Source: Sphaeroforma arctica JP610
Taxonomy: Eukaryota
DNA length: 36,429 nucleotides
Direction of reading: 5' to 3'
Assembly (NCBI RefSeq): GCF_001186125.1
Contig: NW_014040422.1
Location: 17,862-54,290, forward strand
Shown here: positions 23,933 to 32,889 of the stretch, in pieces
Numbering within the stretch: position 1 is the stretch's first letter
How the letters are laid out: every line of letters starts with the position of its first letter
The notes under the pieces: model-generated
What the model was told of the DNA's origin: nothing
What the model saw: only the letters and a program-made list of their open reading frames with translations
Database searches by the model: none
Program-made: the position numbers and the translations under genes

Positions 23933-25950
23933 GTGAGGGTGTCTGAGTCGGATATGAGCTTCACATTTGTTAATACTATTAGGGAAGTGATGGCGATACA
24001 GGACTCATTACTGTATTCTGATAACCGAGCTTATATTCAAGTGCAAGTTAATGGACGTACGTTCAAAGCATTGATAGACACGGGAGCAAACAGAAGTTGT
24101 ATCTCACAGACATCCGCAGACCTCCTCGGCCGCCCAATATCTCCAGCACCACCTTGGTCATTCATATATTTAGCTGACAAGGCGGTTCGAACTCCTCGAC
24201 TGGGGACGACGGAAGTGGTACCCATTCGGTATGGGACCAAGATTATCGACGGGTCACTGGAATTGATGAATTTACCGGCAGGAATAGACATCATAGTGGG
24301 ACAAGATATGTTGAAAGGCTTGGTTCTATACATAGGCGGCATCCAATCTCCACTTGCACCAATAGACCTCACAGAACTCGATGAGCTCCTCGAACCCATC
24401 CCACGACGACAGGCAGGAATAGACATCATAGTGGGACAAGATATGTTGAAAGGCTTGGTTCTATACATAGGCGACATCCAATCTCCACTTGCACCAATAG
24501 ACCCCACAGAACTCGATGAGCTCCTCGAACCCATCCCACGACGACAGGCAACGAACACGACGGAACCCGCCGATGCACGTCAACGGCTGGCACAGGATTT
24601 AGAGGCGAACGCGCAGATTGCTGACAAGGCGCGATGTCGTCTGGAAGGGAGCGAAGTTACCATTCCGGTAACACGCGAACAGGCGATGCACATGCGCAGA
24701 TCAACGCGTAACTTTGTATCCGACCGGTGGCTACCATTCGTGGACGAGCAGATAAAGAAGTGGTTGGCGGATTTGGTGATCACGAAGCGGACGATACCGA
24801 CGACTGTTAACCTCCCGCTCCTTGCGGTCCCGACGTTTGATGCAGAAGGGAACGTGAAGAAGGTACGCGTATGTTTAGATATGCGTGCTGTCAACGCGCT
24901 TATTCCGGGCGACCAGTTCTTGATTCCCAAGGTCAACGAACTTATCTCTCGCCTCAAGAGTGAGAAGTACTACACTACGCTGGATATATCGGCGGCATAT
25001 CGTAGGCTACCGATCCATCCCGATTCACAATATCTGTTTAGCTTTACACACGAGCGTAATCAGTACTCGTTTACATAGGCGCCGTTTGGACTCCATGTGC
25101 TCACGCAACAGTTCCAGCAAACCTTGAGCACAATACTGGACGGCTTGCCGGTCCACCACTATATCGACAATATAGCTATTACCAGCAACGACTATGACGA
25201 ACATATTCGAACGGTGAAGAAGGTGATTCAACGTTTAACATACCACAGTTTTAAGCTCAACCTCGCCAAGTGCTACTTTGCTATTCCCGAAGTGATGATC
25301 CTAGGGAAGAAGGTGTCGGCACAAGGCATATATATTGATCATGAGAAGCAGACCAAGCTTATCGACTGGCCTACCCCACTACGGCACAAAGACATAGCCT
25401 CTGCCATAGGATTGGCGAATCATCTTCGTGAACATCTCTCCAGCTTCGCGAACACGGTTGCACCTTTGCGCGACTTTTTTTTGCGATCGTTGGGAGGAAA
25501 GACATACACAGACGTGGCAAGCGATGAAGGATGCAGTTGTCAATGCAGTGGCGTTGCACTTTCCGGTCGAAGGTATACCCTTGAGCTTGGAAACCGACGC
25601 TAGCGATTACGGTTTGGGGGGAGCGTTATTACAATGGGTCGACGGGAAGAAACAATATTTAATGTTCTTTAGCAAGACTCTGAACCATGCGCAACAGAAC
25701 TACGCTACACCAATGAAGAAGTTACTAGCCTTGGTGTACGGGCTGACATATTTTAGGGAACATTTGGATGGGCAACGGTTTGCAGTCTTTACGGACCACA
25801 AGGCCCTGGTGTATATGAATATACAGCTCAAGCTTAATCCGATGCTCCAGAGATGGCACCATACTATAGCACCGTTCAACTTTGCCATATCACATATACC
25901 AGGAGAGACAAACGTGTTTCCGGACATGTTGAGCAGAGTACATGAGGGGA
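23933..25950 (+). pseudogene. Gypsy protease, reverse transcriptase and RNase H
   Basis: ALIDTGA; RVCLDMRAVN; LDISAAY; APFGL; YIDN (mutated YIDD); LETDASDYGLGGAL; FTDHKAL; NVFPDMLSR. Confidence 0.95.
24277..24550 (+). repeat. 135-bp in-frame tandem duplication (45 aa)
   Basis: AGIDIIVGQDML...PIPRRQ occurs twice; units start at 24277 and 24412. Confidence 0.95.
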
Positions 25951-25985
25951 CAGCGGAGCAGGACGAGCCTGAAATACTGTACACA

Positions 25986-26395
25986 GACTGTTGGCAGTTA
26001 TTCCCTAGTTACTTTGAACAAGTGCAACAACACTTCGGTCCGAACAATACAGATGCATTTGCGGACCCGTCTAACGCTCAGCTTCCTCGATTTTGGACTA
26101 AAGACGATGGGGAAGGGGCGTTAGCCCACGACTGGTCGACAGTCGATGAATGGATGAACCCACCATGGGAGAAGATACATAGAATGTTACGCAAGATAAG
26201 GACCGATGGTGCGAGGGCAACGGTGTGTCTGCCATGGGTACCAAGGGCACCATGGTTTGACCTGTTCAAACAGTTGTGGCAATCAGAACCAGTACTGGTC
26301 CCACGAACGCCACACACGTTCCTCAAGTACGCTAAGTATGCCTGTGGCACGACGTCATGGGGACACACAGTGATTGCACGAGTGGGACCCCCTAA
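25986..26395 (+). CDS. Dam-like DNA N6-adenine methyltransferase domain within pol
   Basis: WQLFPSYF...DAFADPSNAQLPRF...GALAHDW...WMNPPW (26157-26168)...ATVCLPWVPRAPWF; same ORF as RNase H. Confidence 0.88.
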
Positions 26396-26569
26396 CGGGT
26401 TCAAACCGGACCCGCTGTTTTCACACAGCGACTTGGGCATACAGAACCAAAACACATAGCGTACGTAATGTGTTTAGATACCTCGCGAGAGATCTCGGTG
26501 GCAACGGCGAATGCAGAAGGTCAACCGGCATTTGAGCGGGCGACGCCAGAAGAACAACAACGCCGTACG

Positions 26570-27564
26570 CGACTCACACAAGCGCACCACGAACAAGGAC
26601 ATCATGGTGCGGCTGATACAGTTCAACAACTCCGTCAGAACGGTCATGTGTGGCCGGGCGCACTTGAATTGGCAACGGAAGTCAAACGGCAGAGCGCTAC
26701 ATGTTTGGGACAGGGTTTAGGGTTTTTCGTAAAGGTTTCCACCCGATGATTAGCATTGACGCGCGCTACCCGTGAGACCATATTCAAGTCGACTATATCC
26801 CGATGCCACTTGAGTCCAGACGAAAGTACAATTATGTACTTCACGTCCTGGACATTGCTAGAGGCTACTCAATCCTTCGAGCGACACCGGACAAGACGAA
26901 GGAGACGATAGCACAGACACTAATATAAGTTTTTGGCAAGCATGGTTTCCCACGTATGATCCAGACGGACATGGGGAATGAATTCACTAACAAGATAGTG
27001 GAGCTACTGGTCCAAGAAGTGGGTCTGCTACACAAGGTGTCACCGCCATATCGACCCCAAGTACTGGGTGCTGCTGAACGCCGTCATAAGTAGATTACAC
27101 GTTCCATTCGACAATACTGCGAGGCAGTTTCTCTAGGATGGGACGAACGCTTTCCGTTTACGATGCTCTATCAGAACCTTCGGATATCCCGACGTCACAA
27201 GAGCGCGCCGTTCAGTGTATCTTTTGGCCGCCGTCATGTACCATTTGCCGACTTCACTGAGGACTTACCGGATACCCAGCCGAAGACGAACGACACCTGG
27301 GCACAACGGTTAGACCAGTTGCAGGATACCATACTGCCGACTCTCCACCACATTATCAAGAAGTATACAGGCAAACTTACGAAGACATTTGACCGCCTGC
27401 ACGCTCATGACTTGGTCCATTTCGACGAAGGCGATGTGGTTATGGTACGATCGGAGGGTAGAACGACTAAGGCAATGCGGCCACTGTTTGGGCCGTATGT
27501 GGTGAAGGCCAGGATCGGACAACGATATGAGTTAGCGAATAAAGACGGATCCGCCCCTCCATAA
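26570..27564 (+). pseudogene. Gypsy DDE integrase (HHCC, core, GPY motif), disrupted
   Basis: HEQGHHG..., DIARGY, TDMGNEF, GAAERRHK, PLFGPYVV. Confidence 0.9.
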
Positions 27565-27649
27565 TTCAATCACAAACCAGTACGGATGGAACTCCTCCGG
27601 TTAGTGCATAGGTGCACAGTCCCACCACTTAACGACGAATTGTGGACAG

Positions 27650-27846
27650 AAGGAGGTGTTGAGTTTCGCCACATTATTACACACCGTACTAATGATGAAA
27701 CAGGGAAATTGGAATACTTGGTGCGATGGCGTGAAGGCGATCCAACGTGGGAAACATCGGAAGCTTTTGATGATGCCAACGATATCGCGGCCTACCACAA
27801 AGCCTCGCAGACACGAACACGTAAACGCCAACGTGCCCAAATCTAA
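27650..27846 (+). CDS. Chromodomain at the C-terminus of pol
   Basis: EFRHIITHR...LEYLVRWREGDPTWETSEAF...IAAY, followed by a basic tail RKRQR. Confidence 0.88.
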
Positions 27847-27906
27847 ATTTTTATCTTCAGATATGCCTACTCGGTAGGACAGTGCGCTCGAACCGTAATC
27901 GTCGAC

Positions 27907-28006
27907 CCCTCTAGCTCTCAGAGGTTAAATGCCAGTACACTGCTCTAGCTCCCAGAGGATAACTGCCAGCACACTGCTCTAGCTCTCAGAGGATAAATGC
28001 CAGCAA
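27907..28006 (+). repeat. Three 34-bp tandem repeats in the 3' UTR before the PPT
   Basis: CTCTAGCTCTCAGAGGATAAATGCCAGCACACTG, period 34. Confidence 0.9.
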
Positions 28007-28083
28007 CTAAGTTACTTGGGTGTTCCTCACGATCTCTAAAACTGGCACACTGTTTTTCGGTCAGTGCTTCAGTTTGGGGGGGT

Positions 28084-28255
28084 TGTGGTCAGAATACAAG
28101 TACTTAGGTTTTAGTTCTTTATTTTAGTTAGTATAGTTTTTTTTACAGTTTATCAGAATAATCTGATATTCTTGGTTTTTGCTGACTATTACAGCACATG
28201 ACTTATGACTCACATTTAGAGTCACTAATTATACAATTTCTAATAAATGAACAAC
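28084..28255 (+). repeat. Family-1 3' LTR (truncated)
   Basis: Follows the G7 PPT; matches 20555-20724. Confidence 0.9.
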
Positions 28256-28256
28256 C

Positions 28257-29532
28257 GAGTACGGATAAGGCTAGCCGCAGTGTTGGAAGCGAACGCCGAC
28301 ATTGCAGACAATGCACGTTGCCGCTTAGAGGGGAGTGAAGTGGCAATACCGGTCACACGCGAGCAGGCTAGGAGTGAGACGGTCGACACGCAACTTTATA
28401 TCCGAGCGATGGTTACCGTATGTCGATGAACAAGTACAGAAGTGATTGAAGGATCTAGTGATTACGAAGCGGACCACTCTCACGGCGGTTAATATTCCCT
28501 TACTCGTAGTTCCAACGTTTGATAGTGAGGGTAATGTAAAGAAGTTACGGATATGTCTGGACATGCGAGCGGTCAACGCACTATTTCCAGGAGACCAGTT
28601 CTTGATACCGAAGGTGAATGAGATCATTTCACGACTGAAGAGCAGGAAGTACTATACCACACTCGATATATCAGCAGCATATCATAGACTACCGATACAC
28701 CCGGATTCTAGAGACCTATTTAGTTTCACACACGATCGATACCAGTACTCGTTTACATCGGCACCTTTCGGGTTACACGTATTGTCGCAACAATTCCAAC
28801 GGACACTCAGTACGATACTAGATGGACTACCAGTCCACCACTACATTGTTGATATTGTGATTGCCAGTGACGATTATGAAGAGCACATCGCTACAGTGAA
28901 GGAGGTGATCAGAAGATTGACGTACCACAGGTTAAAACAGAATCCAGCGAAGTGTCACTTTGCAGTTGCAGAGGTTATGATACTAGGCAAGAAGGTTTCA
29001 GCTGCAGGTATTGACGTTGACTTTGAGAAACAGGCTAAACTCCTCGACTGGCCAACACCTCAGCGATACAAGGACATTGCCTCCGCATTGGGGTTAGCTA
29101 ACTTCTTGCACGAACACCTACCCAATTTCGCACACGTGGTAGCCCCTCTACGGGAGTTTTGCAAGCTGAAGCCGAATGAACTGATCGAAGATTGGTGGGA
29201 ACAACGCCATGCGGACGCGTGGACAGTGATGAAGGACGCGATTGTCAACGCGGTCGCACTACACTTCCCGGTGGATGACGTCCCCCTCAACCTCGAGACA
29301 GACGCAAGTGACTACGGATTGGGATTGGTGGGAACAACGCCATGCGGACGCGTGGTCAGTGATGAAGGACGCGATTGTCAACGCGGTCGCACTACACTTC
29401 CCGGTGGATGACGTCCCCCTCAACCTCGAGACAGACGCAAGTGACTACGGATTGGGGGGGGGGGGGGGGGCTGTTCCAGTGGGTGGAGGGCAAGAAACAC
29501 TACCAAATGTTTTTCAGCAAGACACTCAATCA
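28257..29532 (+). pseudogene. Gypsy RT and start of RNase H (sister subfamily), with a 133-bp tandem duplication at 29190-29455
   Basis: RICLDMRAVN, SAPFGL, YIVD (mutated), LETDASDYGLG twice. Confidence 0.92.
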
Positions 29533-31708
29533 GTCGTGTGCCCGGCGACGATTTTCCAGAAGGTATGTCATCTGTTCCATCACTGGAAAATTACTAAGTT
29601 TCTGGTGTCCCTTTGCTAATTTGCGAAATGTGGGGTCCACCGTAGCCTGAGTCTTGTGTGAACAGATATGTGTTATTTGGAGTTCTGTTGTCTTTTATTA
29701 AACGTTGGTGATTAGATTTTATATAATCATGTGTAGATTGTTCGGCTTTAAAGTGGCTTAGGGTTAAACTCTAAACCCCTAAAACACCTTATAAAACCAA
29801 CGAAGACTCGATGCGTCGTCGAGACCCGAAATCTGCGCATTCTTAAGGGCTTCTTGCAATGCCCCTTTAGTGTCGTGCTCCATAATGTTGCTGAGGTTAT
29901 AGGATGTCATCCCGTTCACGTTGTTCTGGGGATAGCTGTTGCTGCCGACGACTCTGTCGAACGTTAGCCATGGTTGAAGTAAACTTATGTTTGTCTATTG
30001 ATGGCAATCTGTTTCAACTTCTTTTCCTTCTGACTTAAATAGGCATTCAACTGTGCATCTCACGCCTACAAATTACTCGAAGTCCCATTAACCGTTCTCC
30101 CATCAATATGTTTTGTACCCCTGCCTTGGTCTTGTTGCACTAACATCGTCCACACTTGAACCTCGTGCTCCAAACTACCCGGTTATCCTTGCGGCTGCTC
30201 TTTACTCCTTTCGACCAACTCCGTACTCTCGAAACCCATGCCATTACTCGTTTTGTGGGTTCTTTACTAATCACGTTCTTGCTCTATCTTTCCGTACACA
30301 TGTCTTTTTGCTACCCATGTTCACCCGTTTCACTTTTGGCTCTGACCCTAGTTAGTTGGCTAGATTGCTGCCTATCCTCGTCGTCGCTGTGTCTTGGTGC
30401 TGCACGTTCTCACACCACACTTGTCTACCGTAACTCATACGGTATATTCATATTCACATTGAAATCGACGAATTTGGTCGGACTATTCATATGCACATTT
30501 ACAATACTCACTACCTCGTGTACTCAATTTAGTACTGTGTACACACACCCTATCGTTCTATGTAGCGTCGTGCCACTCCTATTTTGTTTGTATCCTTTAT
30601 CTTATGTACCCGAACTTGCTGTATGACTGTCATTGTATGTGCATCTTCCTTTAGTGTCTATGTGTGCATGTCATTTCTTTGCAAACCTATGTCTTCTACT
30701 AATAACCTAGTTAGTTTACACATGGTTACTTAAGTTAAACCCTAAACCCTAAAACCCTAAACCCTAAAACCCTAAAATCTATCCCATATCATGCCTCTCT
30801 CTCTTATTCGTGTACCCGATTTCTTACGTACCTTTTGGATGCCTATACACTCGTGTACTTCGTGCTCGTTGCCATGGCGATGCTCAAACATATACACCTA
30901 CCTGACTTCCTTTTGTTTTCCTTGACCTTCTAATACCGTCTACAGTTCGTCCAAATCCTCCTTATTCTTCTGGATATCCTACTTGATTTGAGTCGACTCT
31001 CGTTCCGGTATCGATGCCCATGGCTCCGTGCGCTCCTCTTGTCGCGGCATGGTCCGCAGAGTCCATGTCAATGTGATCGTCGGATTCCTATTCTCTTGTT
31101 CCCACACAACATTTTCTCTGTAGCGATTATCCGTTGTATTATCTATCTTTGACGTCCTTAGGGTCTCCTGACTGTTAACTTCTATGTCCTCTAGTCGTCT
31201 TCCTCTCTCATCTAACCTGTCTACCTGTCGATGTACATGAGATTGTATTCTACGGTTGTGTTGACCCACACGGCTCGCCTGCCACTGTTTTTTTTACGGT
31301 TCCCTCCGTCATTTCATGTTCTGAAGCACTACTGCTGTTTCTTCTTTGTCATAAAATTTTCTACTTCTATCTGTGGACTCTCGGTGCTATTATCTTCTTT
31401 TCCTATCTAGGATAAGCTTAATTAGTGTACAACATCTAAGTCAGTTAAAAATGTAGTAAGTAGTCGAGGATAACTGTGTAGTAAGTAGTCGAGGATAACT
31501 GTATCTCAACGTACTCCCCCTGTACAAGGGGAGACGTTGTTCATCTATTGAACTATATCCTGTGACTATCATTTTGGTCAAGTGTTTTCCGTTAATCAGT
31601 TTTAACATGATTGGATAAACTCAGATCAAAATGTAGTCTCTAATAAAAGCCCAAATATCAAATAACCCCTAATCCTAAATAAACACTATCAGGGACTTCC
31701 TGACTACA
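29533..31708 (-). mobile_element. Gypsy family-2 copy b: LTR, accessory ORF remnant, leader, internally deleted gag
   Basis: Near-identical to 17243-20209, with deletions at ~29901 and ~31340. Confidence 0.88.
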
Positions 31709-32348
31709 ACCTCCCCAAGCTGAAACACCACAATTGTGCCAGCTTAAAAGATTGAAGGAATGCCCTGAAAGCGGTTAAGTGCTGGCATTTATTCTCAGAG
31801 AGCTAAAGCATTGTGCTGGTATTTATCCTCAGAGAGTTAGAGCATTGTGCTAGCATTTAACCTCAGAGAGCTAGAGGGTTCGGCTATGTTTCCACTATCA
31901 GGGACTTCCTGACTACAGCCTCCCCAAGCTGAAACACCACAAGTGTGCGAGCTTAAAAGATTGAAGGAATGCCCTGAAAGCGGTTAAGTGCTGGCATTTA
32001 TCCTCAGATAGCTAGAGCATTGTACTTGCATTTATCCTCAGAGAGCTAGAGCATTGTGCTGGCATTCATCCTCAGAGAGCTAGAGCATTGTGCTGGCATT
32101 TAACCTCAGAGATCTAGAGGGCTCGCTAATTTTTTCACCACTCGAGTTGGTAACTAAACGGTAAGTACACGTAACATAAAATCATATCTATTAACAAAAT
32201 TCTCTTCTAACTATAACAGGTCTCTCCGGCGTTTCGAACTAGTATTTAACCTCAGAGAGCTAGAGGGCTGGCATTTATCCTCAGAGAGCTAGAGCATTGT
32301 GCTGGCATTTATCCTCAGAGAGCTAGAGCATTGTGCTGGCATTTATCC
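31709..32348 (-). repeat. Family-2 3' UTR: arrays of the 34-bp repeat and PPT GGGGAGG, with a ~209-bp duplicated PPT/LTR-start block
   Basis: GTGCTGGCATTTATCCTCAGAGAGCTAGAGCATT, period 34; block starts at 31684 and 31893. Confidence 0.88.
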
Positions 32349-32455
32349 TAAAAGCAGGCCGCGGATACACAAACGGACACATCGCAGCCCCAATGGACTC
32401 CGATAACAGAGCAACACTGAGACCTCAGGGTTTTAGGGTTTAGGGTTTTAGATTT

Positions 32456-32760
32456 ATGTTCACGCATCCATTGAAGACAGTGATGGCAATAAAAGACCCA
32501 CTGCTGTCCTCCGACAACCGTGTCTATATACAATTGCAGGTGAAAGGTCGTACATTCCGAGCGTTGATAGAAACAGGTGCGAACCGTAGTTGCATTGCAC
32601 GAGCATCCGCAGACCTCTTAGGACGACCAATTACACCAGCACCCAGCGAATCATTTATATATTTGGCAGATAAAGCGGTACGCACTCCTCGCCTGGGGAC
32701 AACAGAAGTGCTACCGATACGTTATGGCTCAGAGATCATCAATGGATCGTTCGAGTTGAC
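32456..32760 (+). pseudogene. Gypsy aspartic protease fragment (catalytic D changed to E)
   Basis: ALIETGANRSCI...FIYLADKAVRTPRLGTTEV, homologous to 23990-24270. Confidence 0.9.
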
Positions 32761-32889
32761 CCAGCTTTGAGACCCAGGAGAAGCAAGTTACTCACTCAAG
32801 CTGATTATGGGTCAAAAAGCGAGAATGGAAAACGGGTCGAAAACATTAAGTAGCATAACGTATAGTTAATGTTTCTCAGGCGGAGAAGT

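Larger units (their letters stand above)
20555..28255 (+). mobile_element. Ty3/Gypsy chromodomain LTR retrotransposon (family 1), near full length, with a methyltransferase domain; 3' LTR truncated, no TSD seen
   Basis: LTR 20555-~20724 matches 28084-28255; PPT at 28076-28082; order gag-PR-RT-RH-Dam-IN-chromo. Confidence 0.93.

Noticed and set aside
24037..24957. Minus-strand ORFs of 173 and 125 aa
   Set aside because: They are shadows antisense to pol
20555..28255. Classifying the Dam-bearing element as DIRS
   Set aside because: It has an aspartic protease, DDE integrase, chromodomain, direct LTRs and a PPT, and no tyrosine recombinase
31779..32348. 34-bp repeats as a CRISPR array
   Set aside because: The units are contiguous with no unique spacers, there are no cas genes, and the context is a eukaryotic retroelement 3' UTR
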